DNA of 64,000 bases from an uncultured Gemmatimonadaceae bacterium (GCA_963761305.1 CAVXGK010000002.1:32001-96000); one strand, 5' to 3'; positions 19,174 to 30,020 are shown, counted from the first letter of the stretch. A program made the numbers and translations. Notes: generated from the sequence alone by a model not told the origin.

Positions 19174-19242
19174 TTCGCGGTCGAGTCATCCTCCTGACAG
19201 GTTCCCCGAATAGCATTCGCTCGAATACGTTCAGGGGCCACC

Positions 19243-19638
19243 ATGAAGTGGACATCGATCCTCGCGCCGCTTGCCGCGACGCTCATCGCCGCGCCAGGAG
19301 CGCGCGCGCAGGCTGCATACAAGCGCGACATCCCCGACTCGCTCGCGGCCAAGGCCAAGATCACCGAGTCGGCCGCCGCGGCGACCGCGCTCAAGCGATT
19401 CCCGAAGGGCGCGATCCAGAGCGTCGAGCTCGAGCGCGAAGACGGACATCTTCAGTACTCGTACGACGTCGCGACACCGGGGAAGTCCGGGATCGATGAA
19501 GTCAACGTCGACGCGCTCACCGGGAAAATCATCGGCGTCGAACACGAGACGCCGGAGCAGATGAAAAAGGAAGCGGCCGAAGAGGCGAACGAAGCCAAGG
19601 CCAAGGCCGCGAAGGCGAAGAAGCCGGCCGCCCCGTGA
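19243..19638 (+). CDS. PepSY domain secreted protein
   Basis: Signal peptide and AKITESAA...VELEREDG.LQYSYD...EVNVDALTGKII. Confidence 0.85.
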   Translation: MKWTSILAPLAATLIAAPGARAQAAYKRDIPDSLAAKAKITESAAAATALKRFPKGAIQSVELEREDGHLQYSYDVATPGKSGIDEVNVDALTGKIIGVEHETPEQMKKEAAEEANEAKAKAAKAKKPAAP

Positions 19639-19651
19639 TGCGCTGCCGCTG

Positions 19652-20320
19652 ATGCGGATTCTGCTTGTCGAGGACGATCCGCAGCTCTCGTCCGTGATAG
19701 AGACCGGACTCGAAGAACACGGCTTTCAGGTGGCGCGCGAGAGCACCGCCGACGCCGGCCGCTCGCGCGCGGTCCTCGGCGCGTTCGACGTCATCATCCT
19801 CGACGTCATGCTGCCCGGCGGCAACGGGTTCGAGCTATGCCAGGCGTTGCGCGAGCGCGGCGTCGGCACGCCGGTGCTCATGCTCACCGCGCGCGACACG
19901 GTGGACGATCGCGTGCAGGGACTCGACTCGGGCGCCGACGACTATCTGACCAAGCCGTTCGCGTTTCGCGAGCTGGTGGCGCGCCTGCGCGCGTTGGCGC
20001 GGCGGCCGCCGACGCCACTCCCCGAGCGAACGTCGATCGCCGATCTCGAGATCGACCTCGGCGCGCATCGCGTGCGGCGCGGCGGGCGCAGCATCGAGCT
20101 CACCGCGAAGGAGTTCGCGCTGCTCGAGTTTCTCGTTCGGCACCGCGATCAGGTCGTGGACCGTGCGGCGATCACCGCGCACGTCTGGGACGAAAACCAC
20201 GATCCGTTCACCAACGTGCTGGAGGTCCTCGTCCGACGACTGCGCCGCAAGATCGACGACGGCTTCGACCTCAAGCTCATTCACACGTTGCGCGGCGCCG
20301 GGTACCGGTTGGGCGTCTGA
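19652..20320 (+). CDS. OmpR/CusR-type response regulator
   Basis: MRILLVEDD, LDVMLP, GADDYLTKPF and IHTLRGAGY. Confidence 0.95.
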   Translation: MRILLVEDDPQLSSVIETGLEEHGFQVARESTADAGRSRAVLGAFDVIILDVMLPGGNGFELCQALRERGVGTPVLMLTARDTVDDRVQGLDSGADDYLTKPFAFRELVARLRALARRPPTPLPERTSIADLEIDLGAHRVRRGGRSIELTAKEFALLEFLVRHRDQVVDRAAITAHVWDENHDPFTNVLEVLVRRLRRKIDDGFDLKLIHTLRGAGYRLGV

Positions 20321-20904
20321 TTCTCGGCGTTCTCGGTGCTCAGCCGCTGGGTCGCTTGAATGCCCTCCTCGAAACCCTCGATCATCTGCGGGATGAAAGC
20401 GCGGATGTCATCGGGCCGCCGGCTGGTGACCAGACCCATGTCGCTGACCACGTCACGATCCACCCAGTCCGCGCCCGCGTTGCGCAGGTCTGTCTGCAGC
20501 GACGGGTAGGACGTCATGGTGCGATTTCGCACGACGTTCGCCTCGATGAGGAGCCACGGCGCATGGCACATCGCGGCCACCGGCTTGCCCGTCTCGAAGA
20601 AACGTCGCACGAACTGCACGGCCTGCACGTCCTGCCGCAGGCGATCCGAGCAGATCAGGCCCCCGGGCAGATAGAGCGCCTCGAAGTCGTCCGGGCTGGC
20701 TTTGGCGAGCGGGATGTCGATCGGGATGTCGTCACCCCAATTGTCCCGCGTCCAACTGCGGATCTTGTCCTCGTTCGGTGAAACGACCAGTGTCTTGGCG
20801 CCGGCTTTGTCGAGCGCGTTCCGCGGGTCGATCAGCTCGGACAGCTCGACGCCGTCCGTCGCCAGGATCGCGATGCGCTTGCCGATGAGATCGTTGCGAG
20901 CCAT
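20281..20904 (-). CDS. PfpI/DJ-1 family (type 1 glutamine amidotransferase-like) protein
   Basis: IAILATDGVE.SEL, LYLPGG, AAMCHAPW and LVTSRRPDD. Confidence 0.9.
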   Translation of the reverse strand: MARNDLIGKRIAILATDGVELSELIDPRNALDKAGAKTLVVSPNEDKIRSWTRDNWGDDIPIDIPLAKASPDDFEALYLPGGLICSDRLRQDVQAVQFVRRFFETGKPVAAMCHAPWLLIEANVVRNRTMTSYPSLQTDLRNAGADWVDRDVVSDMGLVTSRRPDDIRAFIPQMIEGFEEGIQATQRLSTENAENQTPNRYPAPRNV

Positions 20905-20955
20905 GGGTCATAGTTCCACGAAAGAGACGCACATCCTCCGCGCAAACCGTAGACC

Positions 20956-22314
20956 GTGAATCGCTCCGTCTATCGAACTGTGCCGGTTCCGCAGACGCTT
21001 CGGCGTCTGCGGCTCCGACTCACGATCTGGTACGCGGTCACCTTCCTGATCATCCTGGCGCTGCTGGGCATCGGGATGTTCGCGACGATCACGTCGCGGT
21101 TCGATCGGGACCTCGATTCGTCGCTTGTCGACGCGACGAAGCAGCTCTCGCTCCTCGCGAGCCAGCGCGGCGTGTCGGCCGCGGTCGACCAGCTCCGCAT
21201 TCCCGATCGTACGCTCGCGATCGCCGACAGCACGGGCGTCTCCGTGGCGGGTGGTGCGCTCGAGCCCTGGCTTCGCGCGCTGGCCCAATCGACGGCGCGC
21301 ACTGGCGTGGGGGGCGGGAGCGGCGGGGGAGGCCAAGCGGCGAATCATGGCGAGGACGATCGCATCCTGCGAGCGAACGCGACGCCGTTCCGGCTGGCCG
21401 ACGGTCGCGAGTACGTCGCCGTCGCCGTGGCCGACGAGATCGAGCTCGAGGATCGCTACACGGCGCTCATCGCCGAGTTCGCCGCGGCCGGACTGATCGC
21501 GGCGATCCTCGTGGCAATCGGCGGCTGGATCGTGGCGGGTCAATCGGCGGCGCCGATCGAGGGCTCGATCGAGCAGATGCGTCGTTTCATGGCCGACGCC
21601 GCGCACGAACTGCGCACGCCGCTCACCATCGTGCGGAGCCGGGCGGAAGTCGCGCTCCAACGCCCGCGTTCGTCCGACGAGTACGCCGAAGCGCTGCGCG
21701 GAATCGAGCGTGAATCGATTCGACTGGGACGCATCGTCGAGGATCTGCTCACGCTCGCGCGTGCCGACGCCGGCCAGCGTCCCATCGCGAGAGAGCGCGT
21801 CTTTCTCGACGACGTCGCGCTCGACGCGGCCGAAGCAGCTCGCGTGATCGCCGAGCGCAAATCGGTACGGCTCGAGGTGCTCGACTTCGAGGAGGCACCA
21901 GTCGTCGGCGACGCGTCGCTCCTGAGGCAGCTCGGACTCATCCTGCTCGACAACGCGATCAAGTTCACGCCGCCGGGTGGATCGGTGCGGGTGTCGGTAC
22001 GAACGACGCCGAACGGCGCGCCGGCGCTCGTGGTGTCGGACACCGGCGTCGGAATCGGCGCCGACGAGCTACCGCGGATCTTCGAGCGGTTCTATCGCGG
22101 GGATCCGTCGCGAACGCGCGCCGACACGAGCGGCGGTCCAACCGAAGGGGCGGGGCTCGGCCTCTCGATCGCTCAATGGATCGCGGAGGAACACCGGGCG
22201 GTCATTCTCGTTGCGTCGACGCCGGGATCGGGAACCGAGGTGACGGTTCAGTTTCCCGCGGGCGAAGGCGCGCTGGATCGAGGGATGATCACCGACGCGA
22301 GCGCGGCGCTGTAA
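20956..22314 (+). CDS. Membrane sensor histidine kinase
   Basis: Two TM segments, FMADAAHELRTP, LLDNAIKF, DTGVGI and GAGLGL. Start at 20956 or 20980. Confidence 0.92.
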   Translation: MNRSVYRTVPVPQTLRRLRLRLTIWYAVTFLIILALLGIGMFATITSRFDRDLDSSLVDATKQLSLLASQRGVSAAVDQLRIPDRTLAIADSTGVSVAGGALEPWLRALAQSTARTGVGGGSGGGGQAANHGEDDRILRANATPFRLADGREYVAVAVADEIELEDRYTALIAEFAAAGLIAAILVAIGGWIVAGQSAAPIEGSIEQMRRFMADAAHELRTPLTIVRSRAEVALQRPRSSDEYAEALRGIERESIRLGRIVEDLLTLARADAGQRPIARERVFLDDVALDAAEAARVIAERKSVRLEVLDFEEAPVVGDASLLRQLGLILLDNAIKFTPPGGSVRVSVRTTPNGAPALVVSDTGVGIGADELPRIFERFYRGDPSRTRADTSGGPTEGAGLGLSIAQWIAEEHRAVILVASTPGSGTEVTVQFPAGEGALDRGMITDASAAL

Positions 22315-22377
22315 TTGTTGTGACAGGTTCGCCCCGCTAGCATCCAGCGTACCCGACCACACGCCCTCCCAGAGGCC

Positions 22378-23583
22378 ATGCGTCTTCTGATTGCGACAGT
22401 GGCGCTCGGCGCGACCCTGGGTGTGGCCGCGCGTGCGCCTGGGCAACAAGTCAGTCTCACGCGCGCGCAGGCGGTACAAGGCGCGCTCGAGCGTGGTACG
22501 CGCGTCGCCGTCGCGGCAGCCGACACGGCGGTCGCCGCGGCCCAGGTCGTCGTCGCGCGCGTCTATCCCGACCCGTCGCTCACGGCGACGTACAGCAAGG
22601 CCGTTCCGACGCAGCACTATTCGGTCGACGTACCGCTCGATTTTCCAGGGCTTCGCCAGCCGCGGATCCAGTCCGCCGAACTCGAGCTCGACGCCGCGCG
22701 GCTGCGGTTTCGTCTCGCGCGTGCGACGGTCGCTCTCGACGCGGATACGACGTACACGCGCGCCGTCGCTTCGCGCGAACGGCTCGTCCTCTCGCGGCGC
22801 AATGCGCTCGACAGCGACAGCCTCCTCCACATGGTCGACCGGCGACGCGCGGCCGGCGACGCGAGCGACATGGACGTGGAGCTGGCGCGGGTCAACGCGG
22901 GTCAACAGGAAAATGCCGCGGCGAGCGATTCGCTGACGCTGATCTCGGCGCTCCTCGATCTCCAAGCGACGCTGGGCATCAGGAGCGAAAATCTCGAAGT
23001 CGTGGCGGTCGACTCGCTTGGCATCCCACCCGAGGCGGCGGTCCCCGCCGGGAGCACGCTCGGCGAAGGGGCGGCGTCGCGCGCTCTCGAAGCGGCGATC
23101 GCGACGACGCGTTTTCAGCATCGGTCGTTCTTCCCGACGCCATCGCTCTCGTTCGGATTCGAGTACGGCGATCACGACCAGCCGGGGCTTTTGCCGACAC
23201 TGGGGATCGGCATCGGGATTCCGATCTTCAACCGAAATCGCGGACAGATCCGCGTCGCCGAGGCCGAGCAGTTTCGGGCGCAAGCCGAGCTCGCGTTGGC
23301 ACAGGTCGAAGCACGCAATCAGATCGCGCACGCCAGGCGGGAACGTGAAAACGCGCTGTCGAAGGTCGTGCGCGACCGTTCGGTGATCGCGAGCGCGGAC
23401 CGTGTCGCGGCCATGTCCCTCGTCGCGTATCGAGAAGGCGCCGCGTCGCTGCCCAACGTGCTCGAGGCACAGCGAGCGGCGCGCGACATCCGCGGCTTGT
23501 ACATCGACGACCTGGCGGCCGCCTGGATCGCGACGGCCCAACTGCGCGTGCTGGCACTCACCCCCACCAGTCAGTCGCCATGA
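22378..23583 (+). CDS. TolC/CzcC-family outer membrane efflux protein
   Basis: Signal peptide, IPIFNRNRGQI, YREGAASL.NVLEAQR; in operon with adaptor and RND pump. Confidence 0.88.
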   Translation: MRLLIATVALGATLGVAARAPGQQVSLTRAQAVQGALERGTRVAVAAADTAVAAAQVVVARVYPDPSLTATYSKAVPTQHYSVDVPLDFPGLRQPRIQSAELELDAARLRFRLARATVALDADTTYTRAVASRERLVLSRRNALDSDSLLHMVDRRRAAGDASDMDVELARVNAGQQENAAASDSLTLISALLDLQATLGIRSENLEVVAVDSLGIPPEAAVPAGSTLGEGAASRALEAAIATTRFQHRSFFPTPSLSFGFEYGDHDQPGLLPTLGIGIGIPIFNRNRGQIRVAEAEQFRAQAELALAQVEARNQIAHARRERENALSKVVRDRSVIASADRVAAMSLVAYREGAASLPNVLEAQRAARDIRGLYIDDLAAAWIATAQLRVLALTPTSQSP

Positions 23584-24686
23584 ATCGTCGATCTCGGACG
23601 GCGTCCGTCGTCGGGCGCGCGTCATTGATGCTCGCCATGCTGGTCGCGGGCGCGTGCAAGGCAAAGGAAGGAGGCGATTCCGAGACCGAAGCGAAGCCGG
23701 TCGTCGCCGCCCAGACGATCGTCGTCACGCCGCAGCCGTTCACCGAGACGCTCGGCGCCATCGGCAGCGTCACGCCGCGTCCGGGACACGTCTCCACGCT
23801 GAGCGCGCCGGCGCAAGGGCGCGTGGCAAAGGTCGACGTGTCGACAGGCCAGGCGGTTCACGCAGACGAGCCGCTGGTCGAGATGGACCAACAGAACTTC
23901 GAGGCGGCGCGGCAGAGCGCCGACGCGGCACTCGTCGCGGCCGAACAGGAAGCGGCCCGGCAGCAACTCTTGGCCGACTCCGGCATCGTCCCGCGCAAGG
24001 ATGCTCAAACAGCGAAAGCCGAGGCGGCCAAGGCGCGGGCCGACGCGATGGCGGCGAGGCGCGCCGAGCAACTGGCGACGATTCGTTCGCCGATCAGCGG
24101 CGTCGTCACGCGCGTCTCGACGACGATCGGCGCGTCGGTGGATCCCTCGCAGCCGCTCGTCGAGGTGTCGGATCCGCTGGCCGTCGACGTATTGCTCAGC
24201 GTGACGCCGACGGACGCCGCGCGCGTTCGGTCGGGGATGCGCGTCGCGCTGAGCGCGGGACAGGCCAGCGGCGGCGAGCCGCTCGGTTCAGGCGACGTCG
24301 CGGAGGTTCCGGGCACGGTCGATACGACCACTCGCAGTGTTCAAGTTCGTGTTCGGGCGTCGTCGACACGACGGGCGCTGCGGATCGGTGAAACCGTTTT
24401 CGGGTCGATCGCCATCGTCACCCGTCCGCGCTCCATCGTCATACCGTCGGACGCCCTCGTGCCCGAGGGGGACACGTTCAAGGTGTTCGTCGTCGACAGC
24501 GCCGGCATCGCGCACGAGCACGAAGTGAAGATCGGCGGCCGAACCGCCAACGGAGTCGAGATTCTCGAGGGAGTGTCGGCCGGCGATCGGATCGTGACGT
24601 TCGGCGCCTACGGCATGGAAGACAGCGCCAAGGTCGTTCCGTTGAACGCGGGGAAGGCCAAGCCAGACTCGGCGGATAAGCCGTGA
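23580..24686 (+). CDS. RND periplasmic adaptor subunit
   Basis: Lipobox VAGAC, IRSPISGVV, VD.TTRSV and GDRIVT.GAY. Confidence 0.9.
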   Translation: MNRRSRTASVVGRASLMLAMLVAGACKAKEGGDSETEAKPVVAAQTIVVTPQPFTETLGAIGSVTPRPGHVSTLSAPAQGRVAKVDVSTGQAVHADEPLVEMDQQNFEAARQSADAALVAAEQEAARQQLLADSGIVPRKDAQTAKAEAAKARADAMAARRAEQLATIRSPISGVVTRVSTTIGASVDPSQPLVEVSDPLAVDVLLSVTPTDAARVRSGMRVALSAGQASGGEPLGSGDVAEVPGTVDTTTRSVQVRVRASSTRRALRIGETVFGSIAIVTRPRSIVIPSDALVPEGDTFKVFVVDSAGIAHEHEVKIGGRTANGVEILEGVSAGDRIVTFGAYGMEDSAKVVPLNAGKAKPDSADKP

Positions 24687-27600
24687 CGGCGGGGGAAAAC
24701 AAGGGGTCGCTGTTCGGCCTGCTCGCGCAGCAGCGCCGATTCATCTACATGGCGACGCTGGTGCTGAGCGCGGCCGGCGTGTGGGTCGCGTACCGGCTGC
24801 CGTCGGCGATCTATCCGGAGCTCGTGTTTTCGCGCATCACGATCGTGGCCGAGGGGACGTCGCTCGGCGCGCGGCAGGTCCTGTTCAGCGTGACGCGCCC
24901 GATCGAAGAGGCGATCAGCATCGTGCCGGGCGTGATTCGCGTGCAGTCGCGATCGATCCGCTCCGGCAGCGAGACGAACGTCACGTTCAGTGCCTCGACC
25001 GACATGGTCTACGCGCTGCAGCAGGTCCAGGCACGCGTGAATCAAATCCGCGGGGATCTTCCCGCGGGGCTCGACATCGAAGTGGAGCGGCTGACGCCGT
25101 CGCTCTTTCCTATTCTCTCGTACAACCTCGAGGGCGGCGACCCGCCGACGCTGTACGACATCGCGCGATATCAGATCAAGCCGCTCATCTCGCGGGTGCC
25201 CGGCGTCGGCCGGGTGGACGTGATGGCGAGCGACGCCCGCGAGATCGAGGTCATCGCCGATCCGGCGCGACTCGCCGCGCAGCAGCTCACGTACGCGGAC
25301 CTCGCGGCGGCGATCCAGGCCTCGACGACCGTCGAAGCGGTCGGGAGGATGCCGCAAGACTATCGGCAGTACCTCATCGTGACGACGACCGAGGCGCACT
25401 CGATCGACGACGTTGCGAACATCGTGGTGAGCAAAGGGCTACGCGTCGGCGATTTGGCGACGGTGCGTTCGGGCACCGAGGACCACACCCGCGTGATCGC
25501 CGGCGACGGGCGACCGGCGGCGCTGCTGAACATCACGCGACAGATCGGTGGCAACACGCTCGAGATCGCCGACAGCGTCGCCCTGATCGCGGCATCGTTG
25601 CGCAAGACGCTGCCGCCGGGATTGATCCTCAAGCCGGTGTACGACCAGGCTTCACTCGTCCGCGAAGCCGTGACGTCGGTGCGCGACGCGATGCTCATCG
25701 GCGCCGGGCTCGCCGTGATCATCCTGCTGCTCTTTCTTCGGCACGCGCGCATCACCGCGATCAGCGCCTCGTCGATTCCGATCACGATGGCCGTGACGGT
25801 CTTCGTGATGTCGCTCATCGGGCAGACGTTCAACCTGATGACGCTCGGCGCGATGGCGATCGCGATCGGTCTGGTGATCGACGACGCCGTGGTCATCACC
25901 GAGAACATCGTCCGGCACTCGCACATCAACCGCGACCGACAAGCGGCGATTCGCGACGCCGTCCAGGAACTGATCTGGCCGGTCACGACCTCGACGATCA
26001 CGACGGTCGTCGTCTTTCTGCCCCTCGGGCTACTCACGGGGGTCGAAGGCCAGTTCTTCCACGCGCTGTCGATCACGTTGACGATCGCGGTGCTCGTGTC
26101 GCTCCTCGTGGCGCTGACGATCATCCCGCTGCTCAGCGAGCAGTTTTTGCGCGAAAAGGACGTCGAAGCCGCGGCCGGGCATTCGACCGACCCATCGGGG
26201 ACCCGCAGGGGCATCGGGGCTCGCATCGGCGGCTGGCTCGACTCGCTCACGCACGGGTACGAACGCGCCTTGGGGGCATCGCTCCGGCATGCGCGCTGGA
26301 TGCTCCTCATCGCGCTGGCGTTGGTCGGCGCCGGCGTGGTCGTCCACGCGTACGTGCCGACGGGATTCCTTCCCGAGATCGACGAGGGCGCGTTCGTGTT
26401 CGATTACTACGCGCCCGGCGGAACGGCGCTCGACGAGACCGACCGCCAGCTTCACATCGTCGAGAAGATCTTCGCCGAGACGCCGGAAATCACGGGCACG
26501 TCGCGGCGGCTCGGCGCGGAGCTCGGTCTGTTCGCCACGCTGCAGAATCGCGGCGACCTGGTCGCCCGGCTCAAACCGGAGAGTGAACGCGACCGTTCGA
26601 CGGCGGAGGTGATCGACGCGGTGCGCCCGAAGATCCAGGCTGCCGTGCCGCGGCTCCGCATCGAGTTCGTGCAGATTCTGTCGGACGTGATCAACGATCT
26701 CGCCGGCGCGGCACGGCCGGTGGAAATCAAGATGTTCGGGGCCGATCTCAACGCGCTCGAGGCGTACGCCAAGTCGCTCGAGCCCAAGCTCTCGAAGGTC
26801 GAGGGACTCGAAGATTTCTTCAGCGGCGTGAGCGAGCCGAGCGCCGAAATGGAAATGACGATCAACAATGCCGAAGCCAATCGAGCCGGCTTGACGCCCG
26901 CTCAGGTCGCCGACGAAGCCAGCGGCGCGCTGCTCGGTGAGCCGGCGGGAGAAATCCGCCTGGACGATCGGTCGGTGGGCATTCGCGTTCGCGCCCCGGA
27001 TTCAGTGCGATACGACTCGAGGCTGCTCGGATCGATTCCGATCTTCTCGGCGCAGACGCACGGGTCGGTGCCGCTCGGGACACTGGCGAGCTTCCAGCCG
27101 ACGGAGACGCGCTCGGAGCTGCTGCGCGAGAATCAGCAGCAGCTCCTCATCGCGACGTCGGATCTCGGGGAGCGCTCGCTCGGCGAAGTGATGTCGGACG
27201 TACGCGAAATCCTCGCGGCGAATCCGCCGCCGCGGGGCATTCGCGTGGAGTTGGGAGGGCAGTACGCCGGGCAACAAGCGGCGTTCAAGGCATTGCTGCT
27301 CGTGCTGGCGCTCGCGGCAGCGAGCGTGATCGCGGTGATGGTGATTCAGTTCCAGTCGTTCATCGAACCGCTGGTGATTCTACTCGCCGCGCCGCTCTCG
27401 TTCGTCGGCGCGATGACGTTGCTGCTCGTCACCGGAACGCCGCTCAACGTGTCGTCGTTCATGGGATTGATCCTGCTGGTCGGTCTGATCGTGAAGAACG
27501 GCATCATCCTGCTCGACTTCACGGGGCATCTCATGCGCAACGAAAACATGGCGCTCGAGCAGGCGGTGCGAGAGGCGGCGAGAATCCGATTGCGGCCGAT

Positions 27601-27811
27601 TCTGATGACGACGCTGTGCACGCTGTTCGGTCTTCTGCCGCTCGCGCTCGGGATCGGGGCAGGGAGCGATCTCCAACGTCCGTTGGCGCTCGCGGTGATC
27701 GGCGGACTGGCGTTGTCGACGCCGATCACGTTGTTCGTCGTCCCGAGCCTCCTGGTCGCGATTCGAGGGCGCGAGTATCGCCGAAGCGGCGAAGCGCTGA
27801 GATCCGGGTGA
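24683..27811 (+). CDS. RND efflux permease (CusA/CzcA-like branch)
   Basis: GLVIDDAVV, GLIVKNGIILLD and RLRPILMTT. Confidence 0.92.
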   Translation: MTAGENKGSLFGLLAQQRRFIYMATLVLSAAGVWVAYRLPSAIYPELVFSRITIVAEGTSLGARQVLFSVTRPIEEAISIVPGVIRVQSRSIRSGSETNVTFSASTDMVYALQQVQARVNQIRGDLPAGLDIEVERLTPSLFPILSYNLEGGDPPTLYDIARYQIKPLISRVPGVGRVDVMASDAREIEVIADPARLAAQQLTYADLAAAIQASTTVEAVGRMPQDYRQYLIVTTTEAHSIDDVANIVVSKGLRVGDLATVRSGTEDHTRVIAGDGRPAALLNITRQIGGNTLEIADSVALIAASLRKTLPPGLILKPVYDQASLVREAVTSVRDAMLIGAGLAVIILLLFLRHARITAISASSIPITMAVTVFVMSLIGQTFNLMTLGAMAIAIGLVIDDAVVITENIVRHSHINRDRQAAIRDAVQELIWPVTTSTITTVVVFLPLGLLTGVEGQFFHALSITLTIAVLVSLLVALTIIPLLSEQFLREKDVEAAAGHSTDPSGTRRGIGARIGGWLDSLTHGYERALGASLRHARWMLLIALALVGAGVVVHAYVPTGFLPEIDEGAFVFDYYAPGGTALDETDRQLHIVEKIFAETPEITGTSRRLGAELGLFATLQNRGDLVARLKPESERDRSTAEVIDAVRPKIQAAVPRLRIEFVQILSDVINDLAGAARPVEIKMFGADLNALEAYAKSLEPKLSKVEGLEDFFSGVSEPSAEMEMTINNAEANRAGLTPAQVADEASGALLGEPAGEIRLDDRSVGIRVRAPDSVRYDSRLLGSIPIFSAQTHGSVPLGTLASFQPTETRSELLRENQQQLLIATSDLGERSLGEVMSDVREILAANPPPRGIRVELGGQYAGQQAAFKALLLVLALAAASVIAVMVIQFQSFIEPLVILLAAPLSFVGAMTLLLVTGTPLNVSSFMGLILLVGLIVKNGIILLDFTGHLMRNENMALEQAVREAARIRLRPILMTTLCTLFGLLPLALGIGAGSDLQRPLALAVIGGLALSTPITLFVVPSLLVAIRGREYRRSGEALRSG

Positions 27812-27848
27812 CGACTACCGCTGATCTGGCCCACGGGCATCAACGATT

Positions 27849-28013
27849 GGAATACGGACACAAACGGATTCGGACTGACACAAACGGAGAGAGCAAACGC
27901 ATTTGAAAGGATGTTTGGGCCGTCCGCGGTACGCGTGGGCGGCCCTCAGTCGTTCAACAAGCTCTTTGTCCTCTCCGTTTTGTGTCCGTTTCATCCGTTT
28001 GTGTCTGTATTCC
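27849..28013. repeat. Nested inverted repeat of GACACAAACGGA units between convergent genes
   Basis: GGAATACGGACACAAACGGAT (27849-27869) pairs with ATCCGTTTGTGTCTGTATTCC (27993-28013). Inner arms and a central GC hairpin at 27917-27945. Confidence 0.85.
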
Positions 28014-28086
28014 CCCCGTTACGGCCAGACTTTGCGATCAGACTCCCGGCGGTGCCAAGAACCGATGTCCGGATCCTCGAGCGGCG

Positions 28087-29985
28087 TCAACGAGAGCCGT
28101 TCTGCGCTCGACGAAGCGCTCGAGTCGCTTGTCGCTTGACCCACGCTCGGCCGATCGGCGGCGCTTCGGTGACCAGCGCGGCATCGAGGCGCACGCGATG
28201 TGCGTCGAGCAGATCGGATCGCGTGATGATGCCGACGAGTTGGCGTGGCGCGGCGCGTGACACGACAGCCAGGCGGCCGACCCTCTCGTGCACCATGTGG
28301 TCGGCTGCCTCTCGCAACGTATTCTCCTCGAAGGCGACGGCCGCCGGGCGTCGCACCAGCGTGCGAACCGGCGCTGTCTCGTCGGCACTCGGATCGAGCA
28401 AATCGCGTCGCGTGACGACGCCGATCAACGTGCCGTCGTTCGCGACAACCGGAAAGCCGTGGTGGCTGGTGCCTTCGCCGCGCGTCGAGAGCCAGTCGAG
28501 GACGTCGGTGACCGCCGTGTTCTCGTTGATCGTCACCACGTCGCGGGTCGCGGCGTCGGCGACCGACACGCGATCGAGGAAGTCGGCGCTGTACTCCGTG
28601 CGCACCGGTGTGCCGCGGCGCGCCAGCTTTTCGGTCATGATGGAGCTGCGCATCAACAGCAGCGAGACGAGATATGCCGTGCTGCATCCGGCGAGCAGCG
28701 GAAGAAGACCCATCGGCTGACGCGTCGTCTCGAACGCGAACACGACCGACGCGAGCAACGCGTGCGACGCGCCGGCGAAAATCGAGGCCATGCCGACGAG
28801 CGCCGCGACGTGTGGGTCGACGCCGAGCGACGGCGCGAGCGCGACCGCCGCGGCGCCGAACAGCGCGCCGATCCCGCCGCCGATGGTGAACAACGGCGCG
28901 AGCGTTCCCCCCGACGTGCCGCTGCCGAGGAACACGGACCACGACACGAACTTGAGCGTGATCAGCATGACGAGCGACAAGCCGAGGACTTCGCCGCTGA
29001 GGATGTGATCGATGTTGTCGTAGCCAACGCCGAGCGTTCGTTGATCGACCAGGCCGATCAATCCGACGACGACCGCGCCGATCGCGGGCCACCACATCCA
29101 GTGGATCGGCAGCTCCTCGTACAAGTCTTCGAGTCGATACACGACGCGCGTCACGAAGACCGAGACGAGGCCGATGGTCGCGCCAAGCAACACGTAGACG
29201 CTGAGGGCGGGCAACGACGGGGGAAGTACCGTGGGCATCGTGAACGCCGGCGCCGGACCCGAGTAAGCGACTCGCACTCCGGTCGCCACAACCGACGCCA
29301 GCGCCACGGGCACGAGCGAACGAGGCCTGTACTCGAACAACAGAAGCTCGACGGCGAGGAGCACAGCCGACACGGGACACCCGAAGATCGCCGCCATTCC
29401 GGCCGCGGCGCCGGCGGCGAGCAACGTCTTGCGTTCGTCTGCCGTGACGTGAATCAGCTGTCCGACGAGTGAGCCGAGCGCGCCGCCGGTCGCGATGATC
29501 GGACCTTCGGCGCCGAACGGCCCACCGGTGCCGATCGCCACCGCCGCCGACAGCGGTTTGAGAAACATGATCTTGGGCGAGATGCGGCTGCCCGCGAGCA
29601 GCACGCGCTCCATCACTTCCGGAATGCCGTGGCCGCGAATCGCCGCCGCGCCATAGCGCGCCATGACGCCCACGATGATTCCGCCGACGATCGGAACGAA
29701 AACCGACCAGACGCCCCAGCGCTCGGTCGACGGCGGGCTGAATGCGCCAGAGAGCCGACCGAAATACGCGAGGTTGGTGATGAACCCGATGAGGTGCGTG
29801 AGGATCGCGGCGATCAACGCGCCGGCTGCGCCGACGCCTGCCGCCAACGCGCAAATCACGATGACGCGTCGATCGACCGGAGCGTAGGTTGGCGGTCCCT
29901 GGACGCTGGCGAGCGCGGGTATGAGCGACGGTGCGACAGGGATGCCCCCGGCGGGGTTCAGCTCGCTCGTCTCATTGGCACCCAT
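28087..29985 (-). CDS. ClC chloride channel family protein with two CBS domains
   Basis: GHGIPE, GAEGP and GGTLAP motifs, C-terminal CBS pair. Start at MGANET. Confidence 0.92.
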   Translation of the reverse strand: MGANETSELNPAGGIPVAPSLIPALASVQGPPTYAPVDRRVIVICALAAGVGAAGALIAAILTHLIGFITNLAYFGRLSGAFSPPSTERWGVWSVFVPIVGGIIVGVMARYGAAAIRGHGIPEVMERVLLAGSRISPKIMFLKPLSAAVAIGTGGPFGAEGPIIATGGALGSLVGQLIHVTADERKTLLAAGAAAGMAAIFGCPVSAVLLAVELLLFEYRPRSLVPVALASVVATGVRVAYSGPAPAFTMPTVLPPSLPALSVYVLLGATIGLVSVFVTRVVYRLEDLYEELPIHWMWWPAIGAVVVGLIGLVDQRTLGVGYDNIDHILSGEVLGLSLVMLITLKFVSWSVFLGSGTSGGTLAPLFTIGGGIGALFGAAAVALAPSLGVDPHVAALVGMASIFAGASHALLASVVFAFETTRQPMGLLPLLAGCSTAYLVSLLLMRSSIMTEKLARRGTPVRTEYSADFLDRVSVADAATRDVVTINENTAVTDVLDWLSTRGEGTSHHGFPVVANDGTLIGVVTRRDLLDPSADETAPVRTLVRRPAAVAFEENTLREAADHMVHERVGRLAVVSRAAPRQLVGIITRSDLLDAHRVRLDAALVTEAPPIGRAWVKRQATRALRRAQNGSR

Positions 29986-30020
29986 GATTCGTAGTATAAC
30001 GGCACGAACGGAGAAGGGCA

